Virus record (IMG/VR): IMGVR_UViG_3300032322_001011
Coordinates: 20,696-84,695 of that record
Strand: one strand, 5' to 3'
Source of the DNA: a virus
Length of the DNA stretch: 64,000 bases
Under the pieces are notes generated by a model. That model was not told where the DNA came from. It saw only the letters and a list, made by a program, of their open reading frames with translations, and made no database searches. The stretch's first letter is position 1; every line of letters starts with the position of its first letter. Positions 45,304 through 54,885 of this stretch are shown here, piece after piece. The position numbers were made by a program, and so were the translations under genes.

Positions 45304-46998
45304 TTATTTGTCTTCATCAGGGATACGGCGTTGGGCGAACCTCGCACCATATGCCCTGCTAGTCATCTGGTTCATCAATTCCATTTCTACTGGTGGTACA
45401 GCAGTTCCTGGAAGCACTCCACCCCCTTCGGGGCTTCCTGCGCTAGTTACATTATCACCTCCAGCAGAGGTCTGCTCTAAGCCGCCTCCACCAGTTGGAA
45501 GTAATCCTGTAGCCATCATTACTGCTTGACCAATCTGAGCACGAAGCATGTCAAGTGCTCCTTGGTCAATAGCATCATCTCTGAGTTCTTCAAAGATTTC
45601 AATCATCTTTTCGTTCGGGAATTCTTCGCCCAACAACTTCAATGCCCCACGTTTGGACTCAATACCAAGAGCCATTTTAGATTGAACTTCATTAAGTTTG
45701 ATAAGGGCATCAACAGGTAGCGGTTCAGGCCAGTGGATTGTTGTCTTGTATGTGTTTGGGTCGTTAGGGTCCAACTGTGTCAACATCTCAGGCTCAGGCT
45801 GTGCTGTTTGAGATGGGTCATACATCAACAGTTCTGGAACAAATACCGCAGCAGTCTTAATGATTACCTCATTAAGTTTCTCAAGACCCTTAGTAAAATG
45901 GATCTTCTTCATTTGATAACGGTTCATCAAAGGCTGGTATTGAATAGCCAAAGCAACACCCGATGTGTTTGACACTGGTTGGAATTGCCCAAGTGCAGTC
46001 TCAGGTACACCAGTGATTTCATGCATGGCTCGCTTAATCATCTGAACGTACTCAATAGCACCAGCCATTTCACCACGGGATTCAAGGTTAAATACTTGTG
46101 CTTCTTTAGGAAGACCAGCCCATACCTTTTTAGGACCACGCTCTAGTTGTGAAGCCTTAGCGCCAGTAATGATGGTTACTGGGGCAGCATGGTAGTTAAT
46201 GATGTCTGAGATTTCAGTCATCTTTTCATTGAGTTCACGGTTCAATTGGATAATGTCCCAAATGTCTGACTGACCCCAAGGTGACGAAGTTATTGTAATG
46301 TTCGGAATGTGAACAATAGGAACTTGACCAATTGGGTTTGGGTACTCATCAATTAGTTCATCGTTAATAAATTGCTGAACATTTCCATCCGTAAGGATTT
46401 CTGTAAAAGTATAAACCTGACGAGTTCCTTCTGGTGATGTTCCCCAGAAGCGATACTTAAGTTTAAACCGCATTAACCGTTCACGGTCATGTGGGTGATA
46501 TTCAGGGAAACAATGTGCTGGGTTCAATGGGAGAATGCGAATACGGCCTGGGTGCATCATCCCAACTGCATCTTGGTACGGTTCATCGTACGCAACTTTG
46601 ACAAATACGTCACCAGTTACTGATGCAAGTTGTCCCATTTCCCAAAGCAAATAATGCTTGTTGTTATGGTTATCCCATACTTCATGTAACAAGCGAGGAA
46701 TGATTGCTTCGTTTTCTTCAGGTACTTTAAACTGAATACCTTTACCAAAACAAAAGTTTGTAATGAAATCCGACATGGTTTTCACGTAGTTCATGGTGAC
46801 GTTGTTGTCACCCATCTCACGGCGGTGCGACCAGTGGTGTCCTAGATACCAAGCCCATGCAGCCGCATACCTGTTGAGTCTTGGTCCGTGAACTTCAAAC
46901 TCTTCGTCAGCAAGTTCAACCAACCCAAGTGGACTAATCGCTACGGTTAAGTCACTAGATGCCGCCCTATAAGACGGGGACCAAAAATCAACAGGCAT
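45304..46998 (-). CDS. Portal protein (SPP1 gp6-like)
   Basis: GDVFVKV, NPIGQVPIVHIPN, WGQSDI, SNTSGVAL..Y.PL. Confidence 0.92.
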   Translation of the reverse strand: MPVDFWSPSYRAASSDLTVAISPLGLVELADEEFEVHGPRLNRYAAAWAWYLGHHWSHRREMGDNNVTMNYVKTMSDFITNFCFGKGIQFKVPEENEAIIPRLLHEVWDNHNNKHYLLWEMGQLASVTGDVFVKVAYDEPYQDAVGMMHPGRIRILPLNPAHCFPEYHPHDRERLMRFKLKYRFWGTSPEGTRQVYTFTEILTDGNVQQFINDELIDEYPNPIGQVPIVHIPNITITSSPWGQSDIWDIIQLNRELNEKMTEISDIINYHAAPVTIITGAKASQLERGPKKVWAGLPKEAQVFNLESRGEMAGAIEYVQMIKRAMHEITGVPETALGQFQPVSNTSGVALAIQYQPLMNRYQMKKIHFTKGLEKLNEVIIKTAAVFVPELLMYDPSQTAQPEPEMLTQLDPNDPNTYKTTIHWPEPLPVDALIKLNEVQSKMALGIESKRGALKLLGEEFPNEKMIEIFEELRDDAIDQGALDMLRAQIGQAVMMATGLLPTGGGGLEQTSAGGDNVTSAGSPEGGGVLPGTAVPPVEMELMNQMTSRAYGARFAQRRIPDEDK

Positions 46999-47035
46999 TC
47001 GTTACACCTTTTCTAAAAAGAAGAATACTAAGATA

Positions 47036-47305
47036 TTACTTCTTTTTTGCTGGTGCGGCTTTTTTGGCTGGAGCCTTCTTAGCAACAGGTGCTGCTTCTA
47101 GGGCTTTAGTTGCCACGCTCAAAAGAAGAGCCGTGTTCTTTGGACCAATCTTGGTTGATACAACCGAGACAAGTGCTGCTGCCGCAGGCAATGCGAGTGC
47201 GATTACCTCTGGGGTCAAGTCCAACTTGGCTCCTACATAGGTAAGCACACCCAATACTGCGCCCTTAATTGCTGCGTCTGCTGTTTCTACTTTTGCTTGA
47301 TTCAT
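47036..47305 (-). CDS. Two-TM membrane protein with PAKKA tail
   Basis: Hydrophobic core plus APVAKKAPAKKAAPAKKK; AAGGAG RBS. Confidence 0.7.
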   Translation of the reverse strand: MNQAKVETADAAIKGAVLGVLTYVGAKLDLTPEVIALALPAAAALVSVVSTKIGPKNTALLLSVATKALEAAPVAKKAPAKKAAPAKKK

Positions 47306-47332
47306 GTTAACTCCTTAATAGGGGATACCCGA

Positions 47333-47965
47333 TTATACAGGCTTACGGGTTTTGTTTTGTTCGTACTCCTGAATGTACGTGTGATACGGGGGTCCCGTAT
47401 GAGGATCAAACCTAGCACTAACGGCGAGAGCCTTCAGCGCATGGTTTTTAGCCTGTTGCACAGTTAGTTTCTTATTGTGCGTAAGTACATGCATAGCCCC
47501 TAATGCGTACTCTCCGCCAGACCCAATTACGTATAGCCCACTGGACTCAGAAGCCCAAGCGTAGTCACCGTCAACAATATAGATTGTGCCGTTAATGACT
47601 ACAAGTATTAACGACCCTTGTTCAGCAATGTGCTGTTTGTTTTCGTTGAGGTCTGGGATTGAGTAGCCTTGTGCATCAAAGCATTCTCTGAGTGACGGGA
47701 TAAACTTCGCCGTAAAGAACTGGTCAAGTTTCTTCCCTTTAAGGTTTGGTGGTGGTGTTGGCGGTTGGAACACATGATGGAGAATGTTGATGGCCCGTAC
47801 ATCTCCAGCAGCACCGAGTAAATATTTTCCATTAGTTGATACCTTGCTACTTCCCTCACGAAGAGTTCCTATTTGCGTAGCAATGCCCCCGTCAATAGAC
47901 GAGATACGAGAGTCCACGCAGACGACTGCGAACCCATCACCTTGTACAGCGACAATAGTAGTCAT
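47333..47965 (-). CDS. Ntn-hydrolase, HslV/proteasome beta-like peptidase
   Basis: M-TTIVAV N-terminal Thr, DSRIS, K, GAAGD, IGSGGEYALGAM, DPHTG. Confidence 0.85.
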   Translation of the reverse strand: MTTIVAVQGDGFAVVCVDSRISSIDGGIATQIGTLREGSSKVSTNGKYLLGAAGDVRAINILHHVFQPPTPPPNLKGKKLDQFFTAKFIPSLRECFDAQGYSIPDLNENKQHIAEQGSLILVVINGTIYIVDGDYAWASESSGLYVIGSGGEYALGAMHVLTHNKKLTVQQAKNHALKALAVSARFDPHTGPPYHTYIQEYEQNKTRKPV

Positions 47966-47967
47966 GG

Positions 47968-49134
47968 CTACTCAGCGATGAATTCCTTCCCATGATACAA
48001 CGCCCAACCGTTGTAAATGGGAATAACATCGTATGCGAACCTGTGATTTCCGTCATCCTCATAAGTGACAACACCGATACCTTGCTGCCAATTCTCGTGA
48101 CGAGTTAATGGGCGACCATCAAGATCCACACCACCTCTAGTGGATGGGATAGCACCGTCAATACGAGCAAGGCAACCAGGAGAAGCAGCCATGATGGTGC
48201 GTGGACCATCAAAGTCTTCACGTGTTTTAAACGCTGTCTCAATGCGATGAATGTGTCCGTAGATTACGCTGGTCTTCTCATTGTTTAAGTAAACGTGTGC
48301 GGTTGAACCTGATGACTTAACACGGTCACCGTGAATGATACGAAGTTTTTCATTGACCCAATAGTCTGATGCTGGGTAACCTGGCTTGTACTCAATCCCA
48401 AATTCATCCATACGGCAGAGATACGGGACTGAAAGAACAGGCCATGATTCTGGGGTGTTTCCCTTGCGAAGACCATAAGCAGCACCTGCGTTTTGTACAA
48501 GGTACTTAGGCATACGCTCTTCGTGGTTACCAGCAAGCCAGATGATCTTCGCATTTGGAGCAGCAGCACGAAGTTGAGCGCAGAACAAAGTCGCACGATC
48601 AATTGATGCTTGTGTAGTTTGTGCATATGCAGGGTACGTCACATACTTACCCATTTCAGGAAGGTCAAGGTTGTCACCAACGAGAGCAATAACTTCTGGC
48701 TGTAGGTCTTCTACAATCTTGATGCAAATATCAAGAGCCTTTTCGTCATGTGTTGCTTCTAAGTTACCTTCACGATTGCGGTAGTAACCAATCTGAATAT
48801 CTGGTGGAACTACACAGGTTTTAAATCCTGTTGCTTTCTTCTTAGATACTTTTGGTGTTGGTAGTTTGATAGCAGGACCTTGTTGCACAACAGGCCATTC
48901 AGGACCAGACTCCCACTTAGGTGAGAACTTAAATTGCACACCAGCAAGGTCATGGATTTCTGCTTCACCTTCTTCGTTTTTAGTAAGTGACTGGTAAAGA
49001 GATACTCGTTGTATTTGACCAATCTCATCTACGTCAATACCTTGACGAGCAAATAAATCTGCTAATTTACCGAGTACTTCTTTAGGACTTTGAGGTCCTG
49101 CAACTAGTTCTTCTTTAATGGACATCGCAACCAC
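47968..49134 (-). CDS. Calcineurin-like metallophosphoesterase
   Basis: PDIQ, GDNLD, GNHE, IHGD, GHIHR, NWQQG. Confidence 0.9.
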   Translation of the reverse strand: MVAMSIKEELVAGPQSPKEVLGKLADLFARQGIDVDEIGQIQRVSLYQSLTKNEEGEAEIHDLAGVQFKFSPKWESGPEWPVVQQGPAIKLPTPKVSKKKATGFKTCVVPPDIQIGYYRNREGNLEATHDEKALDICIKIVEDLQPEVIALVGDNLDLPEMGKYVTYPAYAQTTQASIDRATLFCAQLRAAAPNAKIIWLAGNHEERMPKYLVQNAGAAYGLRKGNTPESWPVLSVPYLCRMDEFGIEYKPGYPASDYWVNEKLRIIHGDRVKSSGSTAHVYLNNEKTSVIYGHIHRIETAFKTREDFDGPRTIMAASPGCLARIDGAIPSTRGGVDLDGRPLTRHENWQQGIGVVTYEDDGNHRFAYDVIPIYNGWALYHGKEFIAE

Positions 49135-49396
49135 ACATCTTTCTACTATGTTTTTCGACCATTCGGAATGTTATGTCATGCCCATGTTTTTTAAGCAAGT
49201 CAGTTAACCATTTATAGGTATAACCACTAGTTTGAATTGAACGTGGTGATGAATTTTTATCACGTATTTTTTCAAATGCGTCATCAAGTGCTGCTCGTTC
49301 TTCTTCGGTCATACCGCTACGAATCTTCTCAACCCCACATTGTTTTAATGGGGGAGAACCTGCTTTAAGTTCATTTAAAAGACTATTTTTTGACAT
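49115..49396 (-). CDS. Small HTH/Cys protein upstream of the phosphoesterase
   Basis: CGV...WLTDLLKKHG...HSRKMCGC. Confidence 0.65.
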   Translation of the reverse strand: MSKNSLLNELKAGSPPLKQCGVEKIRSGMTEEERAALDDAFEKIRDKNSSPRSIQTSGYTYKWLTDLLKKHGHDITFRMVEKHSRKMCGCDVH

Positions 49397-49526
49397 TCTT
49401 TTTCTCCAACTTTTGCCGTTCTTTTTGAAGCACTTCTATTACCCTAAATAGTTCTTCAGCATCGGCAGGCCCAACAAAGACCTTTCCGAGGTAATAGATA
49501 ATACGATCAATGTCATGTACTTTCAT
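49383..49526 (-). CDS. 47 aa hypothetical protein (not in ORF track)
   Basis: MKVHDIDRIIYYLGKVFVGPADAEELFRVIEVLQKERQKLEKKNVKK. Confidence 0.55.
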   Translation of the reverse strand: MKVHDIDRIIYYLGKVFVGPADAEELFRVIEVLQKERQKLEKKNVKK

Positions 49527-49584
49527 GCTACCACCCTTTTGTAGTTAGGTTGTGTAGCGTAGCCTACCTAAGTAGGTTTGTCAA

Positions 49585-50124
49585 TTATCCTTGAAAGGAA
49601 GCGACAGCCTCTGGCATATTGTCACCACAGACATAACGAAGATGCCAAGGCTCACTAGGAACTACTTCCCACGAGAAGCCAAATTTCTTTACGTTGGCAA
49701 TCAACCAATTAAGACGCTTAGGCTCTGATGCTGAATGAACGTCAACGGCGATGCCGAGGTTATGCTGGGACTTACCAGGTGTCGCCAACATTGCCATACC
49801 CTTTTTCAGATACCAAGTCTTGCCTTCAAATGTTTTGGTGCTTTGACCTGGAATTGGTTCAAGTTGGTAGCGAGTGAGGAAGCCTTTTTTCTGGGTTTCG
49901 TAATCACGATATGTGTCGCCTGCTGAAGTCGGCTTGAGTTCAATACCATCAGCCTTAGCAGCAGCAACCATTGCGGCCCATGCTTTTGCTGCAATGTGGT
50001 GCAGTTTACCGCCACCTACGGCAGGGACAAGGAGGTTTGCTGGTAACTTTCCAGGAGTTACTCCCTTAAGGTCTTTTGGCAATACCACGGGAACAATGTA
50101 GTCCCAAGCAACTTTCTTACTCAT
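49585..50124 (-). CDS. M15B (VanY-like) peptidase, probable endolysin
   Basis: TYRDYETQ, ATPGKSQHNLGIAVD, WL..N..KFGF, EPWHLRY. Confidence 0.88.
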   Translation of the reverse strand: MSKKVAWDYIVPVVLPKDLKGVTPGKLPANLLVPAVGGGKLHHIAAKAWAAMVAAAKADGIELKPTSAGDTYRDYETQKKGFLTRYQLEPIPGQSTKTFEGKTWYLKKGMAMLATPGKSQHNLGIAVDVHSASEPKRLNWLIANVKKFGFSWEVVPSEPWHLRYVCGDNMPEAVASFQG

Positions 50125-50399
50125 ACAGTCTCCTCGTTATTAGGTGTTTCGTTGTTTTTGGCGTTTCTTCCCGTTGAGATCATTAGACCAGCCAACGTTC
50201 CAGTAATGAATGTCGCTACTGAGGAAAGAACACTAAAGAACATTTTATCATTTTCAGCCTGAGCGCCAATTGGCTGAGTCACAAAAACAAGGGCGTAAAG
50301 AACCCCGATTGTGGTGATTGTTAACACACCTGCCAAAACACAGCCAACTACAAACTTTAACCGTGCGTCAAGGTCTTCTGGGGTTAGTTTATTTTTCAT
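50121..50399 (-). CDS. Two-TM membrane protein (lysis cassette)
   Basis: Start MKNKLTPE; two long hydrophobic helices. Confidence 0.75.
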   Translation of the reverse strand: MKNKLTPEDLDARLKFVVGCVLAGVLTITTIGVLYALVFVTQPIGAQAENDKMFFSVLSSVATFITGTLAGLMISTGRNAKNNETPNNEETV

Positions 50400-50632
50400 G
50401 GGGCTACTGTTTCCTCTGTTGGGAGTAATTCGTTTAACGAAGGGTTTACCAAGTCTTCTAAGGATGGGTTGAACCCAAGTAATGTTTCTGTACAAGCGCC
50501 ATCTACTTCGCATATTGGCGGAACACATTCTTCACTACCCCAGTTTTCTGGATCTTGGCATGAATATCTGTAATGTCCGTCATACCCACAGCCAGCGATG
50601 AACAAAGTTCCTATTAGGATTAACTTCTTCAC
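50396..50632 (-). CDS. Small lipoprotein with Cys-rich ectodomain
   Basis: MKKLILIGTLFIAG-C lipobox; YRYSCQDPENW..EECVPPICEVDGAC. Confidence 0.75.
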   Translation of the reverse strand: MKKLILIGTLFIAGCGYDGHYRYSCQDPENWGSEECVPPICEVDGACTETLLGFNPSLEDLVNPSLNELLPTEETVAP

Positions 50633-50883
50633 TCAATTGGTTCCTTCTTTGTTTTTTTATCTACTTTGTTAAACACTTCATTTATTTCAGAAAGTGATAG
50701 TTTTCCATCGTCAAGGAATGCACGTGACAAACCTTCAATTACTGTTGCAACACCAGCAATGCCAGCCATGAAAATTGCTTTGTAAAGAGGAACTCCAGCG
50801 ATTGTTCCAGCACCAATCACACCTAATCCAGACGCTGCAAATGTTGCGAGAATACGCAAAAGAATGTTTTGAAGTTGTTTCAT
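50629..50883 (-). CDS. Holin-like membrane protein
   Basis: Two TM helices plus basic C-terminus (DDGKLSLSEIN...KKTKK). Confidence 0.65.
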   Translation of the reverse strand: MKQLQNILLRILATFAASGLGVIGAGTIAGVPLYKAIFMAGIAGVATVIEGLSRAFLDDGKLSLSEINEVFNKVDKKTKKEPIE

Positions 50884-51098
50884 TTCTTTTCCTTATCCAT
50901 GTGCCAATCAATATGTGTGTTTAAGCGACCAGCCACTGCATCAATACCACTGCGAACTTTACGAAGTTCAACCATTACGTTTGCGTGGTCTTGGCGATTT
51001 TCTATTCTGAAGTTTTTGAATTCCCTTATAAGAAAACCGACTCCAGTTCCGACTACGGGTATAGCAGCCGCAATGATGATCGCCCATGCATCTGTCAT
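50880..51098 (-). CDS. TM + coiled-coil protein (holin-associated type)
   Basis: N-terminal TM; ENRQDH...RLNTHIDWH. Confidence 0.7.
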   Translation of the reverse strand: MTDAWAIIIAAAIPVVGTGVGFLIREFKNFRIENRQDHANVMVELRKVRSGIDAVAGRLNTHIDWHMDKEKK

Positions 51099-51101
51099 CT
51101 G

Positions 51102-52307
51102 TCACTCGCTCTCACCGAATTGTTGACCACTCATGTGGTTACGTACACGGCTTGAAGCACCTTGCGGTGTACTATCAAGAATTCCCTTAATCTTTTGGCG
51201 TTGTATAACATCAGGAGATGCGTACTGCTTAGGAATACCACCAGGTTGACCAACTGGAATGTCAGGGCGAACAGGTCGTACAAAACTTGATTCAGTTGCA
51301 GCGCCTTCCATTGTTTTCAATCCTGCTGTGCGTTTTACAGTCAACCCACCAGTTTTTCCAGCAAAACCACGAGCAACATCATGCATGCGAGCGTCAGTGT
51401 TATCTGCATCGTAAAGATGAAATTCTGCTTCATTACCATGTGGATCTTGCATTACCCATCGTTCTGGTTTTGGTTCATCTTTACCTAACCACAATGCTGC
51501 TTGGGTAGTAAGCCCAGCATCGTGTCGTTGCTGTACACGCTTTGTAGGTGTCTGTTCACTGATGCTTCCAGTGAGATAATAGTTTGATGGTGCATCTGCT
51601 TCAGGTTCTTTTTCTCCTGGGCGAAGAACACGGTTCATCTTTTCTTTTGTATAGTTCATGTGGGTCATCAATGGGTGATCTTTTGCAAGACCAATTGCTT
51701 CTGAGTCTGTGCTTCCCTTACCCTCAAAGTCTGCAATCCAAGGTCCAGCCAAAGTTGTTTTATGCCAAGGAACGTCTGTCCACATGTTGCTACGCATAGC
51801 AGGTATCATTCCAATTTCACGAGCAGCACGAGCACCTCTTCGTGATTGAATTACAGCAAGTGCTCCAGCAAACTGTGGGTTTTCTGCCCAATAAGCGGAA
51901 CGAACTTGCTTTGCCCTATTTGCAGTACCTTTTTCCATTCCATAGTGTCCTGAATGAGAATTGCATAACGCAGTACATTCTGGTGTTCTACAACCGTGAC
52001 ACCCTTCAAATACACCACTAGTGTCTGCGTTTGCTAAAGACATACTCATTTGATGAGTTGCCCTAACAAGTTCGCTTGGGTGATTTGCGTTTTTAGCAAT
52101 CTTTAAGTTAGTTGATTTTGCTTCTGGGTCAATGTCACTAATCATTGTTAAACCAGCGCCACCACCACGGCTTTTTTTAAACTTATCCCAATCTTCCATT
52201 ACCTTTTTAGGTTGAGCAATTGCTTGGCGATATTCTGTTTCACTAACTGAGTTAGCAATATCTTGTAATGTTGGAAGTTTTGGGGTTACTTGTAGTTTCT
52301 TAGCCAT
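51102..52307 (-). CDS. Gp88-like (Fe-S/radical-SAM-related) protein with terminal extensions
   Basis: CRTPECTALCNSHSG, RSNMWTDVPW, NYTK, NYYLTGSISE, DADNTDARMHD, GLTVK echo the family motifs. Confidence 0.6.
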   Translation of the reverse strand: MAKKLQVTPKLPTLQDIANSVSETEYRQAIAQPKKVMEDWDKFKKSRGGGAGLTMISDIDPEAKSTNLKIAKNANHPSELVRATHQMSMSLANADTSGVFEGCHGCRTPECTALCNSHSGHYGMEKGTANRAKQVRSAYWAENPQFAGALAVIQSRRGARAAREIGMIPAMRSNMWTDVPWHKTTLAGPWIADFEGKGSTDSEAIGLAKDHPLMTHMNYTKEKMNRVLRPGEKEPEADAPSNYYLTGSISEQTPTKRVQQRHDAGLTTQAALWLGKDEPKPERWVMQDPHGNEAEFHLYDADNTDARMHDVARGFAGKTGGLTVKRTAGLKTMEGAATESSFVRPVRPDIPVGQPGGIPKQYASPDVIQRQKIKGILDSTPQGASSRVRNHMSGQQFGESE

Positions 52308-52321
52308 GTCCTATTCTACCT

Positions 52322-52858
52322 TTACTGTCCAAAATCGTTTTCGTCTTTGCGGCCCTTGCTAACGTGAATCGCTCTACGGCGCAAATCGGTTTCCTTAACT
52401 AGGCGACCTTCTTCTTCTGGGCGAGGAGTATCTTTAACTTTTCCATCAAGCATTGGCTTGCCCCTGCTAAACACCGAGTCAATAGGATCAGCATTTGGGT
52501 CTGGGCGTGATGTTTGTTCTTCTTGCATAGCGTCAGATGCTTGCAACTGGCGAGTCACGGAAAACCCAGTAGGTTGATAAACATTGACATTCAAATTTCT
52601 TTTTACAAAAGAAGAAAGAACATACTGTGGCCTATGCTCATATGTTTTCTTTTTTTCAGAGCGTGGGATAGAACCTTGGAATGCGGCGGAACGACCAAAT
52701 GAAAGGGTAGGGGTGTACTGACCGTATGGAGTTAATCCATACGATTGAGCAATACCTTCTTTTAAATCATCGGTTGAGGTCAGCGCAGGAGAAGGGTCAA
52801 CCCCTTGTCCTGAAGTTGTGCCAGCGTCAACGCTTTCGTTGCCACCGCCAGTTTCCAT
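52322..52858 (-). CDS. Hypothetical, probably disordered protein
   Basis: 178 aa ORF. Confidence 0.7.
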   Translation of the reverse strand: METGGGNESVDAGTTSGQGVDPSPALTSTDDLKEGIAQSYGLTPYGQYTPTLSFGRSAAFQGSIPRSEKKKTYEHRPQYVLSSFVKRNLNVNVYQPTGFSVTRQLQASDAMQEEQTSRPDPNADPIDSVFSRGKPMLDGKVKDTPRPEEEGRLVKETDLRRRAIHVSKGRKDENDFGQ

Positions 52859-52860
52859 GA

Positions 52861-53262
52861 TTAGTCGGTAACTACCGTCACGTTTGGTCGGTTCATGTGC
52901 ATGCCTGAGTTATATGAATACTCAAACTTAGGCATGTCATCTCCTGCCATTGCGCCTTCAACAAACTCTGAAAGTACCGAAGGTGCTTCTACCCACGATG
53001 CCGAGCCAACGTGTGCTCGTTCACGCATCGTGTCTGCTGCATGCTTGTAGAACATTTCTGGGTTGTTCTGGTTTTGACGGAGTGGCGATGGAGCAGTGTC
53101 CTCATATGCGCCACGACCAAAGTCATTTGGTACGTCTGTGTCTGTTGCAATTCCTTCTTCAAAGCGAAGAGGTCCTTTGTTTCCAGGGATGCTTGGAGCA
53201 AAGTTTCGTTCAAAAACTGGCGAAAACTTCTCAGGGAACATAGGTGCTGGTGCTACTGTCAT
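52861..53262 (-). CDS. Hypothetical phage protein after the terminase
   Basis: GPLRFEEGIATDTDVPNDF, ERAHVGSASW; GAGGAG RBS. Confidence 0.75.
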   Translation of the reverse strand: MTVAPAPMFPEKFSPVFERNFAPSIPGNKGPLRFEEGIATDTDVPNDFGRGAYEDTAPSPLRQNQNNPEMFYKHAADTMRERAHVGSASWVEAPSVLSEFVEGAMAGDDMPKFEYSYNSGMHMNRPNVTVVTD

Positions 53263-53301
53263 ATTGACTCCTCAGTAAATAGGGGTGTCCATAGAATACC
53301 A

Positions 53302-54864
53302 TTAATTGAAAAACGGGTTTTCTCCAACTTGAATTGTCGGCATTGCATCTTGAACGGTCATATAGCAAGCAATCGCTAGTGAATCTGGGTAGTCATCAAA
53401 CGCTCCCTTTTCATCAGGCGCTTCTGCCAGCATGTACGGACCACGGTAGACCTTCTCAAGATCATTCATCTGTTGGTTAAACCGTTTCCAGTTACGGGTA
53501 CGGCGAGCCTTAGAGTGTCCAGGGATTACTAACTGCTCTCGCTGGATTAATTCTGTTAGGTGTACCCATCGTTCGTTTTGTGCTTTTGAGTCCGAACTAA
53601 TTGGTAAGACTTCAATGTTTGGAAGAAGTACTTTAAGACGTTCTGCTACAGCCCCACCAACACCTTGTGCGTCTACCCCGATACGTAGTACATCGTAGTT
53701 ACGCAAGAAGTCAATGATCTGGAAGTACTGCTGTTCCCATTCCTGGTCGTTGATTTCCAACCAGTTAAGAATTCGGTGTTCATAAAAACCAAACGGATCT
53801 GGATGATCCCAGTCCACCCAGCAAACGGTCACTACGGTGGAGTCGTTGGATCGGGCAACGTCAATACCCACCACGACTGGGGTTCTCCACCACTGTTTGA
53901 CCATAGGCATGGATGAGTCGTAGAGTCTTTCCATCCGTTCCTCAGTTACGAACATTCCCTTTTCCAACATCCAATGATTGCAGTAGGACATTCTGAACTC
54001 ATCAGAATCCTCACCAATACGGAGTTTTTCTTTGGCAATAAACTTTCCGTAGTTTGGGTTGTACTTTGACGCAACTCTCCAGTCGTACTCAAAGTGTGCA
54101 TCTCTGATGTTTCTAGCCTGTGTAGCACGGCGCTTGTTGTACTGGATCATCTTGTAGAAATAAGACTTGGTACGGGAAGCAGTTCCAGTAAGCATGATGC
54201 TTCCGTTGTTAAACGCCAACATCGGCTTGATTGACTTAGTAATCATAAACTCATCTGCTTCTTGGGCCTCGTCAATAAGCACGAAGTGATATGTCTTTGA
54301 TTCAATCTTTGCCTTTGGGTTACAAGTCTGCATACGGCAAAGCGACCCAGAACGCTTCATCGTTATGATTTTTCCTTTACCACGAGTACCACCAGACTGT
54401 GCTTTGTCATCTAGTTCTGGGTCAAGTAAAAACTCAAGAGCATGGTCACTAGTTAACCGACTTACGATACGACTGAATACAGTGTCTGCTTGATCTTCAG
54501 TTGGAGCAAATACACCAACCCAAAATCCTTTTTCAAACTTAGACAACCACGTTGGGTAAACCTTAGCCAATTTAGGAAGGATAACCATCTGTGCAGCGAG
54601 AACATTAGAAAGCACTTCAGACTTACCAGACTGACGAGTAGCAACAAGGGTTAGTTCTTCACCGTCACCTAAAACAATAGATTCAATAATCCGATATGCA
54701 ATTGGAATTTGGTACGGAAACAATTGCACATTGCAAAACTGTTCGGTAAAAAGAACAAGTTTGGTAACTAACTGGTCAACAAATTCAGCCGAGGTTTCGT
54801 CAAGTTCCTCAACTATTTCCTCTGCTAGTAACTCTTGTTCTTGATCTAATACGGTATCCGACAT
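53302..54864 (-). CDS. terL: Terminase large subunit
   Basis: ATRQSGKSE Walker A, FAPT..QA, LIDEAQ, LTGT, GIDVAR..DSTV, DDYPDSLA. Confidence 0.95.
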   Translation of the reverse strand: MSDTVLDQEQELLAEEIVEELDETSAEFVDQLVTKLVLFTEQFCNVQLFPYQIPIAYRIIESIVLGDGEELTLVATRQSGKSEVLSNVLAAQMVILPKLAKVYPTWLSKFEKGFWVGVFAPTEDQADTVFSRIVSRLTSDHALEFLLDPELDDKAQSGGTRGKGKIITMKRSGSLCRMQTCNPKAKIESKTYHFVLIDEAQEADEFMITKSIKPMLAFNNGSIMLTGTASRTKSYFYKMIQYNKRRATQARNIRDAHFEYDWRVASKYNPNYGKFIAKEKLRIGEDSDEFRMSYCNHWMLEKGMFVTEERMERLYDSSMPMVKQWWRTPVVVGIDVARSNDSTVVTVCWVDWDHPDPFGFYEHRILNWLEINDQEWEQQYFQIIDFLRNYDVLRIGVDAQGVGGAVAERLKVLLPNIEVLPISSDSKAQNERWVHLTELIQREQLVIPGHSKARRTRNWKRFNQQMNDLEKVYRGPYMLAEAPDEKGAFDDYPDSLAIACYMTVQDAMPTIQVGENPFFN

Positions 54865-54885
54865 ACCCTACTAGGCTACCCCAAT

